Assembly (NCBI GenBank): GCA_963765765.1
Contig: CAVXYC010000026.1
Span: forward strand, 28,030 to 92,029
DNA from: an uncultured Chloroflexia bacterium
Lineage (GTDB): Bacteria; Chloroflexota; UBA6077; JACCZL01
Direction: 5' to 3'
Length of the DNA stretch: 64,000 nucleotides
Shown here piece by piece: positions 10,744 through 20,565 of this stretch. The notes beneath the pieces were generated by a model, which did not search any database, had not been told where the DNA came from, and worked only from the letters and a program-made list of their open reading frames with translations. The position numbers were made by a program, and so were the translations under genes. Position 1 is the first letter of the stretch; each line of letters begins with the position of its first letter.

Positions 10744-12464
10744 GTGGCGGGCATGCACGATACCTCGGCGTCCAATTCTCGCCTACACGAGCTTCTTCAC
10801 CAATTTGGACATGATTCCTTCCGTCCGGGGCAGAAGGAGTGTATTCAGGCGCTTCTCGATGGTCGCGATGTTCTCGGCGTCCTGCCCACTAGCGGTGGGA
10901 AATCGCTGATTTATCAGCTCACAGCGCAGCTACTTCCGTGTGTCACTGTTGTTGTTTCGCCCCTTATTGCTCTCATGCAGGATCAGCTCGAGTCACTTGA
11001 GGATCAGGGCATTGACGCCGGTGCAATCAATAGCACGCGCTCGGAGCGTGAGCTATCCCGCGATATCAGCGAGCTCCGCCGAGGCGACGCAAAGATTCTC
11101 TACGTCACTCCGGAGCGCTTCGGTGACCCATCCGCTGTGGCGCTCCTGGAGGAGCTTGATGTGTCGCTCTTCGTCGTTGATGAGGCGCACTGCATCACGG
11201 AGTGGGGACACGATTTCCGTCCCGCGTATCTCGACTTGCATGATGTGGTACGAAGCCTGGGCCGGCCGCCCGTCCTGGCACTCACGGCAACTGCCACGCC
11301 GGTGGTCAGGGCTGAGATTATTGAGCGGCTAGGCCTTCGCGATCCGTTCATTCAAGTGCACGGAACCGATCGTCCGAATTTGTACTTTGAAGTGCGGCGA
11401 GTCGAATCGGCAGCGCAGAAGTGGCAGCAGCTCGGGAATTTATTTGGCGATGATTCGATCGAGTCGTCGACGCCTGAGCTGGCGGCCTGTATGACAGGCC
11501 CCGGCATCGTGTACACCGCCACCACCCGCACCGCGCGGGAAGTTGCCGAGTGGCTGCAGGAGCGAGGCGTCTCCGCCGAGTATTACCACGGGCAGCGGCG
11601 AGCCGCGGACCGAGAGCGCGTGCAAGAAGCATTCATGAACGGCGACGTCCGAGTCGTCGCCGCGACCAACGCGTTTGGTCTCGGGGTAGACAAGCCCGAT
11701 GTCCGGTTCGTCGTGCATCTCGAGCCACCAGCAAGTATCGAAGAGTACTACCAGGAGGCCGGTCGCGCCGGGCGTGACGGCGAGCTGGCAAGGTGCGTAC
11801 TTCTCAGTCGCGATGCTGACCTGTCGAGGGCACGATTTCATGGTGCGAGCGGTCATGTCGAGATAGAGTATCTCGAGAAGATACGCACTGCCCTCAAGTC
11901 CGGGGGAGCACAATCGCGAGAGCAGCTTCGCCGTGCCACAGGGCTCAGTCGCCCCGCGCTCCTTCGATCACTTGAAGCATTGGAAGACGCTCAAATAGTC
12001 CGGTCAACGCGACGCGGGGTGGGCCTCATGGTGGATGACTTCCAGCCTTCGGACGTGTCCCTGGAGCGTGACGACCAGCGGAGGGCGTACGAGCGAGTCG
12101 CGTTGAAATGCTACGCAGCTACATTGAATTGCGGGATTGTCGACGTCGATTCATCATTAATTACTTCGGTGAAGATTATCCGAACGGGCGTTGCGACAAT
12201 TGTGACAATGATTCAAAGACGCAATCAGACGCGACGCCACCGCTCCGTGTTGTTGGGCCCGAGTCGGGATCCTTCAATGTGTCGGATCGGGTGCGTCATC
12301 GCTCCTGGGGCGAAGGTTTGGTGACCAGGGTCGAAGACGACCTTTTGACGGTCCTGTTCGATACGGTGGGATACAAGACATTTGATGCGGAGCTTGCTGA
12401 AGAACGCGAGATTCTTGAGCTCGTCGGTTCTGCCGAGACTTCCGATCATGAGCGAGCAAGCTAA
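10744..12464 (+). CDS. recQ: RecQ family ATP-dependent DNA helicase (frameshift near 12100)
   Basis: PTSGGKS, VDEAH, WGHDFRP, QEAGRAGRDG; Zn module CRRRFIINYFGE..CDNCDN and SH3/Tudor-like tail in ORF 12108..12464. Confidence 0.92.
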
Positions 12465-12662
12465 TTGCGATACGGTCTCCGCCCGGGCGTGTGAGCACGG
12501 CGGGGCTCGAAGCGTTTGTTCATCGAACGCGCTGTGCTCCCACGTTCGACTGTATGCTGGAGGCGAGGGGCCAAGCGCTGCTTGAGCTGCATCACGACCT
12601 CCAACTAGCCGCGTGAGACGACAAGATGCGTACGATGTTCCACTACTGTTATGGGGATAATC

Positions 12663-13118
12663 ATGGCTAAGGTCCGAGTGAAGGTGGATGCATTCATTCA
12701 CGCGCAGCCCGAAGTCGCGTATCGATGCATCGCGGATTATCGGCAGCATCACCCGAATTTTCTCCCACCTGCGTTTTCCGACTTTCGCGTGGAAGAAGGC
12801 GGTTACGGTGCCGGGACGGTGATCAGTTTTCGAGGCAAGACTGCTGGGCGAGTGCGCGATTTCAGAATGAGAGTCACTGAGCCCGAGCCAGGTCGCGTTC
12901 TGGTGGAGAGCGATACTCTCTCCAGCATGGAGACGGCCTTCACAGTCACACCGGAGGGCAACGGCTCACGCGTGAGCTTCGACACGCGCTGGAACGGGGC
13001 TAGCGGGATAGGCGGATTTTTCGAGCGGATCTTCGCCCCGATAGCTCTACGGCGGCTGTACCGTGACGAGCTAACGCGTCTCGATATGTACGCACAGGGC
13101 GTCAGCCAACCGAGTTGA
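12663..13118 (+). CDS. SRPBCC (polyketide cyclase/START-like) family protein
   Basis: IADYRQHHPNFLPPAFSDF..GG.GAGT and EPEPGRVLVE patterns. Confidence 0.85.
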   Translation: MAKVRVKVDAFIHAQPEVAYRCIADYRQHHPNFLPPAFSDFRVEEGGYGAGTVISFRGKTAGRVRDFRMRVTEPEPGRVLVESDTLSSMETAFTVTPEGNGSRVSFDTRWNGASGIGGFFERIFAPIALRRLYRDELTRLDMYAQGVSQPS

Positions 13119-14073
13119 CGGGCGTCAGTGGCGGCTTGCCGCTGAGCACGGCGGCGATGTTTTCTGCCGCCAGCGTGGCCATTCTTGTGCGTGTCCCGAA
13201 CGAGGCGCTCCCAACGTGCGGCGTGATGATGCAGTTGTCCAGTGTGAGGAGCGGATCGTCCATCGAGATCGGTTCAGGATCGGTCACGTCCAGGGCCGCG
13301 CCTGCGATCTCGCCGACCCTTAGAGCCTCGTAGAGCGCATGCTGATCCACCAGTGGGCCGCGACCAGTGTTGACCAGAATTCCCGTTCGTTTCATGCGCT
13401 TGAGCTGCTCAGCGCCGATGATGTGACGTGTGGCCTCATTCAAGGCCACGTGCACGCTTACATAATCTGACTGGACTAGAAGGTCGTCCAGACTCGCATA
13501 CTCGTACCCGTTCTCCCGTTCGAGGTCCTCTCGCCGGGAGCGGCTGTAGTAGAGCACGCGCATGTCAAATCCCCTGGCTCGTCGCGCCATAGCTTGACCA
13601 ATGCGTCCCATTCCGACAATCCCCAGCGTGGTGCCGTGGATGTCTGGTGTGAGGTGCAGCAGCGGTCCCCAAACCTTCCACTCGCCTCGGCGAACGTAGC
13701 GATCGCCCTGGACGATCCCGCGGCCAGTAGACATGAGCAATGCGAAGGCCAGGTCTGCTGACGTTTCTGTGAGGACATCGGGCGTGTTGGTCACCTGCAC
13801 TTGATGACTCGTGCAAGCAGGCACGTCGATGTTGTCGTATCCCACTGCCATGTTGGCAACGACTTTGAGCCTCGATGCCCGAGTCAGGACTTCCTCATCG
13901 ATGCGTTCGGTAATCATCGGAAAGAGCGCGTCTATCTCGCCGACTTCAGCGAGTAGGACATCGCGCGGGATTGGATCATCGTTATCCCACTGTCGCACTT
14001 CGGCAACGCTGTGCAATAGGTCGATCGCTTCCGTTGGAATGCGTCGAGTGATGTAAACGACCGGCTGCGGCAT
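13102..14073 (-). CDS. D-glycerate dehydrogenase / glyoxylate reductase (D-2-hydroxyacid dehydrogenase)
   Basis: AVGYDNID, TNTPDVLTE, GMGRIG, NTGRG, LDVTDPEP, PHVGSA. Confidence 0.93.
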   Translation of the reverse strand: MPQPVVYITRRIPTEAIDLLHSVAEVRQWDNDDPIPRDVLLAEVGEIDALFPMITERIDEEVLTRASRLKVVANMAVGYDNIDVPACTSHQVQVTNTPDVLTETSADLAFALLMSTGRGIVQGDRYVRRGEWKVWGPLLHLTPDIHGTTLGIVGMGRIGQAMARRARGFDMRVLYYSRSRREDLERENGYEYASLDDLLVQSDYVSVHVALNEATRHIIGAEQLKRMKRTGILVNTGRGPLVDQHALYEALRVGEIAGAALDVTDPEPISMDDPLLTLDNCIITPHVGSASFGTRTRMATLAAENIAAVLSGKPPLTPVNSVG

Positions 14074-14079
14074 GTGCGG

Positions 14080-15388
14080 TTAACCTTCCACGCGGATAAC
14101 GCTACCGATGGCATCGATAACAGGCAGATTTCGTATCTTGGAAATGGCGGATTGCATCGCGGCTTCTTTCGCCTCGTGTGTCATGAAGACGATTTCGGCT
14201 CGCGGCACGCTAGGGGCACCATCCAGAGGCTCGATCTGCTCTTTCTGAATGACCGAGGAAAGACTGATGTTGAAATCGCTCATGATAGTGGCGATGGCAG
14301 CAATCACGCCCGGCTGATCAGCCGAAATAATGCGCAGGTAGTAGCGCGTTCGTACCTCCTCGAATGGCAGTGCGCTACGAGAAGTATCGTATGGACGCGG
14401 CGGAACGCCGACGGATCCTGCACCCGCGCGCTGGGCGATATCGATGATGTCGGCAACAACAGCGCTGGATGTCGGACCCGAGCCGGCGCCACGACCGTAC
14501 AACAGAATTCGGCCGACCAGATCCCCGTCGACCTGAACGGCATTGAATACGCCATCCACGTTAGCCAGCATGGCGTCAGATGGTACCAGGGACGGATGGA
14601 CGCGTAGCTCAATGCCCGAGCCCGCAAGTTTGCCGATCGCAAGCAGCTTGATGACGTAGCCGAGCTCGCGCGCATATTTGAAATCAGAAGGGCTCAGCTT
14701 GGTGATGCCTTCTCTGTAGACATCGTCAGGATGGACGCGTGCATGAAAGGCCAGACTCGCCAGAATCGCGAGTTTATAGGCCGCGTCGATTCCTTCAACG
14801 TCGTTGCGCGGATCCGCCTCGGCAAATCCTTGCTCCTGCGCCTCGCGAAGCGCGGCGCCAAAGTCCATCCCGTCGCGCGCCATGCGCGTGATGATGTAAT
14901 TGGTAGTGCCGTTGATAATTGCGGTGACCTGGCTTATGTCGTTTGCCAGCAAATCCAGCTTAAATGGGCCGATCACAGGGATGCCGCCGCCCACGCTGGC
15001 CTCGTAGGCGACGTCCACACCGCGATCGGCAGCACGAATGAGAATCTCAGGTCCGTGCTTCGCCATCACTTCCTTATTCGCCGTGACCACGTGCTTGCCC
15101 GCATCGATGGCCTGAAGGATGTACTGCAAGAGCTGGATGCTCTCCGCCCATCACCTCAACGACCACCTGGATCGTGGGGTCGTCCAGGACGCTTGCAGCG
15201 TCCGTGGTGATAGGAACACCCCCGCCGAATTCTCGGTTACGGTCCGGATCGCGTACCACCGCTCGGCGTAGCTCGACGGGGAGTCCAACGCGTTGGGCAA
15301 TTGATTCCCGCTTCTCAGTAAGCGCGCGCGCTACTCCCGCGCCTACGACCCCGAGACCCAATAGCCCGACACCGATTGTATTCACCAC
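14080..15388 (-). CDS. hom: Homoserine dehydrogenase with ACT domain (frameshift near 15130)
   Basis: GLGVVG, VVTANK, YEASVGGGIP, NGTTNY, DVEGIDAAYK, GRGAG, C-terminal ACT domain (DQPGVIA). Confidence 0.93.
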
Positions 15389-15547
15389 TGGCACCCCCTC
15401 GCGCGCAAATGGTAGCGGCCGAACTGAGAGCGCTGCCAGGCGCGGGAATCCCGACAATTCCACGAATTAAGATTGTGTCAACACGCACTCGACAATGTTT
15501 TGATACTCTGGCAGAATGTAATTGATACGCAATCCAGCGAGGTTATT

Positions 15548-15844
15548 ATGGCTCGGATGAAGACGGTTGGTCCGGAGGCAAAACAACGCCTCAGGAACGT
15601 TGGTAAGGGCTATGTAGAACGACAGCCATACCGGGACGCAATTAGTACGCTGGTCGGAGACCAGAATATAGAAGTGGAACCAGAGTCAGGCGAGACGCTA
15701 CGTAAGTTGAAACTGATGGTCCGTCGAGCGGCAAGGGAAATCGGACAAGAAATCGACTACGGCGTGACCGTTCAAGACACGCTACTCGTCTGGATTGCTC
15801 AGCCCAAGCAGCGTCGACGTCGAGGCCGACCCGCACTGGCATAA
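15548..15844 (+). CDS. Small basic hypothetical protein with C-terminal RRRRGRP motif
   Basis: GAGG RBS before ATG 15548; 98 aa; followed by a terminator hairpin. Confidence 0.75.
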   Translation: MARMKTVGPEAKQRLRNVGKGYVERQPYRDAISTLVGDQNIEVEPESGETLRKLKLMVRRAAREIGQEIDYGVTVQDTLLVWIAQPKQRRRRGRPALA

Positions 15845-15865
15845 GTCGCACGCGTATCGCCAATC

Positions 15866-15900
15866 CCACAATGCCGCGCGTCAATTGCGCGGCATTGTGG
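15866..15900 (+). terminator. Stem-loop terminator
   Basis: 14-bp perfect arms CCACAATGCCGCGC / GCGCGGCATTGTGG just after the stop codon. Confidence 0.7.
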
Positions 15901-16089
15901 TGTGACAATTGCAACGGATTAGAGCAGTTCTACTTCAAGCCGCTATGGTACTGATCTGGCGCACACGGACGAATGTTACGAGGTTCAGATGTCCTGAAAT
16001 GCGCATTGCATGTCGGGTCTCGAGTTTCTTGTTTCACTCGCGCTATTCTGACCGCTAGCGTTTTCGCATTCTGCAGTAGGCATCACAGC

Positions 16090-16765
16090 GGCACCTTGAG
16101 CGTTGTGATGTGGGACCACCAGACAGAATCATGGTGGCAGCACGTCAGCGGTCAAGGATTGTCGACGCAAACTGTCCACAACAGCTTGTTCCCATCGCAT
16201 CAATAGCCACGTCGTTTGCTGAATTTCAGCGAGTGCATCCAACGGGCACCGTGCATTCAGGGAGACGAGTTTTTAAGGCAGCTACGGTGGGAATCCGGCC
16301 AGCGGATATGGCAACCGTGGGGCGCAGCCGTTCCTCTTGGAAGGACTATTCGACAGTCGCCTGGGACCGATGGACAGAGTCGTCGGCGTCGCGCTGGGCG
16401 CTGAGTCCGCCGCGTATCAGCTTGCCCGACTGGCTCAGCTTAGACCCATTAATGCTGTCGTGGACGGGCAGGACATCGGCGTCCTATGGTCCCGTGGCAC
16501 GGTGTCCGCGCTCGACCACTATGACATCGCATCATCGCGGGATGTCGGATCGGCGGCCGTATTTAGCCGGATTGTTGATGGCGTGACGCTCAGCTCACTC
16601 GCGAGGCGAGCGTTCTGGTTGACGCCGAGACGGGAAGTCAGTGGAGTGTGCGCGGCTATACCGTTGCTGGCCTGCTGGCCGGGCGACGACTCATGCCCAC
16701 GGTGCATGGGAACCCTTTCTGCTCGCATGGTATCTGTTGAATCCGTCGACGCGACTGTGGACTAG
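16090..16765 (+). pseudogene. DUF3179 domain protein remnant (N-terminus missing, several frameshifts)
   Basis: VMWDHQTESWWQ, FDSRLGPMDRVVGV, GTVSALD...SRDVGSAAVFSR and DAETGSQW spread over three frames. Confidence 0.75.
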
Positions 16766-16812
16766 TTGAGTCTTGCGAGACTGATTGGCGGGCTGAATTC
16801 GTCCTTACCAAT

Positions 16813-16844
16813 GGGGAGAGAAACCCACGACGGGTCCTCTCCCC
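16813..16844. terminator. Hairpin between convergent genes
   Basis: GGGGAGAG...CTCTCCCC inverted repeat with inner ACCC/GGGT stem. Confidence 0.55.
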
Positions 16845-16851
16845 TTGGAGG

Positions 16852-17631
16852 TTAGTTCAAATCACGAGAGACGATTTCAGCGTAGTGGTTGAAGACGGCG
16901 TTGCCGGCTTGTCGATGCTGGTCCGCGTTCTGCCCTGCGAAGTGGGGGAGCTGTTCGAACGGGATGGTACCCGCGAACACCTGGTCTACGAGTTCTTGTG
17001 GGATCGTCGGGTAATTCGGGCCGGCGGCACAATACGCGTACCAGTTCATCTTGGCCTGTTCTTCCAGACCAAGCGCGCCTCCAACGACCTCGCCCATGGA
17101 ATTGCCAGCCACGACGACGCCGTGCCCGAGCAGGAGCATGGCAGGATTGTTACCCAGGGTGGCGGCAACCTCCTGGCCCTCTTCCTCGCTCTGGATGATC
17201 TTGTAGAGCCGCATCATGTTGATGGGGTGCTTCAGAATGTTCATTCCCTGGCCGCCGGCCATGACGCGGATCGGCGTTCCGAGAATGGTCATGAGCACGG
17301 TGAACTGAGGATGAACGTGCACCACGGCCTGCACGTCAGGTCGAGCCTTGTAGATACATGAGTGAATCTTCACTTCGTAACACTGGGTGCTGTTGGGCGG
17401 GCCATCCAGCTTGTTGCCTTCGAGGTCACACAGAATCATGTCCTCGGGCATCATGCGTGGAAGCGCGTCGATCTTGTAGCCGCGGCCCTTGACATAGAAC
17501 TTGTCTGGCTCGCCTGGTAGGCGCATGCTGACGTGGCCCAGTGAGATCGTAGGCCCGTTGGCCAGCCCGACCTCGGTCAGTACGCGATTCGCGATCGCAA
17601 CGTTCTTTCGAACCTCTTCTCGTTCAGTCAT
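16852..17631 (-). CDS. Class II aldolase/adducin family protein
   Basis: GHVSMR, EVKIHSCIYKARPDV, VVHVHP, LLLGHG; GGAGG RBS. Confidence 0.92.
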   Translation of the reverse strand: MTEREEVRKNVAIANRVLTEVGLANGPTISLGHVSMRLPGEPDKFYVKGRGYKIDALPRMMPEDMILCDLEGNKLDGPPNSTQCYEVKIHSCIYKARPDVQAVVHVHPQFTVLMTILGTPIRVMAGGQGMNILKHPINMMRLYKIIQSEEEGQEVAATLGNNPAMLLLGHGVVVAGNSMGEVVGGALGLEEQAKMNWYAYCAAGPNYPTIPQELVDQVFAGTIPFEQLPHFAGQNADQHRQAGNAVFNHYAEIVSRDLN

Positions 17632-17734
17632 GAGGTGTCCTCCCGAACGGGGCTCAGGATAGCACTAGCCAACCAGTGCGCGTGGCCGTGCTCGCGGCGC
17701 GGGTTGCAGCGGACACAGGTCCACACCAATGCAT

Positions 17735-17882
17735 GTAGTGAGCACTTCAGCGCTTTTTTCAGCGATTGCGGAGAGGGAGCGTAGCGTCGAGGACTCCGAC
17801 GCGGCCTTTCGGATCAGGATCGCCTAGTACATCAACATTGAGTTCGAAGCCCGTATCGTTGAAAGCGCTGATGCGCCACTAC
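17735..17882 (+). ncRNA. Candidate structured RNA or long imperfect inverted repeat
   Basis: About 27 bp of interrupted closing helix (GTAGTG/CACTAC, GCA/TGC, TCAGCGC/GCGCTGA, CAGCGAT/ATCGTTG, GCGG/CCGT) enclosing a GCGTCG/CGACGC hairpin; two mismatches are G-U pairs on the + strand. Confidence 0.35.
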
Positions 17883-17922
17883 GAAAGCTATTGCTTCATC
17901 TGGGCGTGGGCGAGAGGGGGTC

Positions 17923-18747
17923 CTAGGTGGTGTTCCGCGCAAGCACGGCCAGCATGGCTCTCATGCCGGCAAGATTGCGGTTGAATTCTGGGTCCCCTGG
18001 GCTGGTGAGCTCGAGAAAGATCCCATTGATTCCTTGTTCGCTCAACCAGCTACTGGTGGTGCCGCTGGCGCGATACCCGAGCAATCGCTGGCCGCTGCCT
18101 GGCACCGGTCGGTAGTAGCCGCTGGCACTTTCGTACGCATCGGCCAGAGCTCCCCCGATCCCGTCGCGGCCACCGAACATGAATCCGCCGGCGCTGTGGT
18201 AGTTCACCACCATGATCGGACGCTGCTGGATGACGAACTCTGCGAGGGCGCGAGTCTCCTGTTCAGAGAATGGCTCGGGTCCTCCCAGACCTCGTTCAAA
18301 GCGCCCATTGCTGTCGTACCCGTCAGGCTCCCAGCTTGGTCCGCCCCAATTGCGATTCGGGTCCACTCCGCTGAGGAACCTGCGCGTGCCCGCCACAAGA
18401 CCGTCGGGATTCGCCCGCGGCAGGAATGCAAGGGTTACGGATGATGGAACCTCGCCAGGGTTCTCTGCGAAATACTCGAGCAGAGCCTGTGTGAGTCGGT
18501 AAGTATTGATCTCAGGACCGCCGTGCTGAGCGCCCAGAAGAAGCACGAGGTTCGGGCCGTCGCCCAGTCGATATACCATCAACGGCAAGCCGCCCTGAGA
18601 AAAACCGATAGGCTCAGGCGTGGGAAGCACCCCCGCCGCTGAGCTCGCGGACCAGCCCGAGAAAAGCAACAAGATAGAAAGGCAGGTTGCTGTCAGGACG
18701 TATTGCAATCGCATTATGATCGATTGTATCAGGGGGCTTCGATCCAT
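17923..18747 (-). CDS. M14 family zinc carboxypeptidase (MpaA-like), secreted
   Basis: Signal peptide; QHGGPE, NPDG, VDPNRNW, PFSEQET, NYHS motifs. Confidence 0.88.
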   Translation of the reverse strand: MDRSPLIQSIIMRLQYVLTATCLSILLLFSGWSASSAAGVLPTPEPIGFSQGGLPLMVYRLGDGPNLVLLLGAQHGGPEINTYRLTQALLEYFAENPGEVPSSVTLAFLPRANPDGLVAGTRRFLSGVDPNRNWGGPSWEPDGYDSNGRFERGLGGPEPFSEQETRALAEFVIQQRPIMVVNYHSAGGFMFGGRDGIGGALADAYESASGYYRPVPGSGQRLLGYRASGTTSSWLSEQGINGIFLELTSPGDPEFNRNLAGMRAMLAVLARNTT

Positions 18748-18757
18748 TATCTAAGAG

Positions 18758-18812
18758 TTGACTGGCTGATTACCGACTCGTAATAATCAATTAGAAATCA
18801 TCAAAGTAAATT
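18758..18812 (+). promoter_or_regulatory. Putative sigma-70 promoter and AT-rich operator region of the MarR gene
   Basis: TTGACT, 17 nt, TAATAAT, then an AT-rich tract between divergent genes. Confidence 0.45.
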
Positions 18813-18814
18813 TC

Positions 18815-19327
18815 ATGGCAATCGAATCAACCACCGATGCGCGCGAGCAGCTCATAGATCACATTCTGGAGCTGGAGCCGGAGATGTTCCGCGCAATGGG
18901 CCCAGTCGAGCCCAATCCCTGGCTTGATGTCGATGTAAGCATGTCTCAGCTCAAGGTGCTCATGGCGCTGGCCTGGGCTGATCCTGAGGGGCCAGCGCAG
19001 GGCCTCCGCATGTCGGACCTATCGCGCTACCTCGGGGTAACTCCCGCGACAGTGACCGTGGTGGTTGATCGACTGGAGGAGCGCGGCCTTGTGGAGCGCC
19101 AGCATGATGCGCAGGACCGCAGGCAGCATCGCTGCATGCTCACAGCGACGGCTCAGGACATGATGGCGCGCATCTGTGAGAGCGCGCGTTTGCGCACCCG
19201 TCGATTGCTGGCCGAGCTAACCGCGGATGAGCTGCAAATCGTCGAGCAGGGAATGCAGCTACTGATTCGCTCGGCTCTTCAAACAACTCGTTCGAAAGCG
19301 GCAGTTGAGACACGCTCGATTGAATGA
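18815..19327 (+). CDS. MarR family transcriptional regulator
   Basis: MSDLSRYLGVTPATVTVVVDRLEERGLVER..DAQDRR winged helix. Confidence 0.93.
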   Translation: MAIESTTDAREQLIDHILELEPEMFRAMGPVEPNPWLDVDVSMSQLKVLMALAWADPEGPAQGLRMSDLSRYLGVTPATVTVVVDRLEERGLVERQHDAQDRRQHRCMLTATAQDMMARICESARLRTRRLLAELTADELQIVEQGMQLLIRSALQTTRSKAAVETRSIE

Positions 19328-19535
19328 ATCGCCCCTTAGATAACGGCCTACGGCCGGGCGCTAAGTCTCTTCATCGCCAGCGAGCCAATTAAACGCGGCA
19401 CGGCGTTTCTTATCCGAGTCGTCGGGAGCAAACGGATTTGGAGCGGTGCTCGCTTTATTTTCCGTGGAGAGAAAGGGGTTCGCTGGCTCATTCTTCTGAC
19501 GTTCTTTGATGTCTGAGAAGAATGGATTGTTGGGA

Positions 19536-19904
19536 TCAACCTGGGGCTTTGCTCGCTCTTCTTTGATGCTCGCCGGCAGGGAGGAGTGCCAGCCATTGTG
19601 CGATCAACCCTGTGGAGACCGCGCTCGCCGGTTGGCCATCGAACGTACTTTCGAACGTGCTCACGAGATCCGCTTCCGGAGGCGCCGTACTGCGGGAAGA
19701 TTCCGTGGAGCGATTGGTTTGGCGAACGATCAAATGGTGGTTGTCAAACTTTACTTCCAGGTCAACGTGCTCGAAGCCATGAAAGTCGAGGTCATCCCGG
19801 TGAACCTGTGCGCCGTGGGCACGCAGGTAATTCACCGTCATCCGATCCAGGCCGTCCTGGACGCGCCGCGCAAGCTCTTCGTGGTCGTAGGTAAAGAGAT
19901 CCAT
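19536..19904 (-). CDS. Hypothetical protein
   Basis: 122-aa ATG ORF with genome-like codon usage; no recognised motif. Confidence 0.6.
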   Translation of the reverse strand: MDLFTYDHEELARRVQDGLDRMTVNYLRAHGAQVHRDDLDFHGFEHVDLEVKFDNHHLIVRQTNRSTESSRSTAPPEADLVSTFESTFDGQPASAVSTGLIAQWLALLPAGEHQRRASKAPG

Positions 19905-20124
19905 AGTCGCAACTCTCGATTTACTCTACTGCAATCTCCTCGTCCCGGCGAGTTTTTTGGCGGCAGCAGAATCGCATTTCTTTCAGCGTGCGGTCCCTCT
20001 CATCATTACGAAATCCGTTGATGTCGGGGGGCGGCCGGGTAAGTCACCTTGAAACCCCGCTATGCTTGTGAGGACCATTCTTGGACTCGCGTTCAGGGAA
20101 TTCTGAGATACGGAGCGTACGAGC

Positions 20125-20514
20125 ATGCCACGACGGATCGTCATCGAAGCCGCTGACCTCCCGCACCATTCCAACCCGATTCCCACAGCAGTGAAGATCG
20201 GCAACATGGTCTTCTCATCAGCGCTCTTCGGCCACGATCCGAAGACCCAGCAGCTACCGGACGATCCGGACGCTCAGGTCGGCAATGTCTTCCGCTCGGT
20301 GCGGCGTGTCATGGAGGAAGCCGGTGGAAGCGTGAGCGACATTGCCAAGATGACGGTCTACCTGAGAGACATGCAGCTTCGCGATCTTGTCAACCGCGAA
20401 TGGCTGAAGATGTTTCCGGAAGAGGACGATCGCCCAGTCCGGCACACGATGCCTATGGCCACCGGTGGCAGTGCGCTCATTCAGGTAGAGCTCATTGCGG
20501 TGTTAGGGAGTTAA
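20125..20514 (+). CDS. RidA/YjgF family protein
   Basis: HSNPIPTAVKIGNMVFSS, AGGSVSDIAKMTVYL, DRPVRHT, IQVELIA. Confidence 0.9.
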   Translation: MPRRIVIEAADLPHHSNPIPTAVKIGNMVFSSALFGHDPKTQQLPDDPDAQVGNVFRSVRRVMEEAGGSVSDIAKMTVYLRDMQLRDLVNREWLKMFPEEDDRPVRHTMPMATGGSALIQVELIAVLGS

Positions 20515-20565
20515 GAGCTCACAGTAACGCACTTCGGCAAAGCGGACACTGTGAACTGCCAACTT

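Noticed and set aside
12090-12120. Programmed frameshift in recQ (and similar sites in other genes)
   Set aside because: No slippery sequence; matches the window-wide indel error pattern.
17735-17882. SRP RNA
   Set aside because: Lacks the conserved CAGG...GGAAG...AGCAG domain IV motif; kept only as an unassigned structured-RNA candidate.
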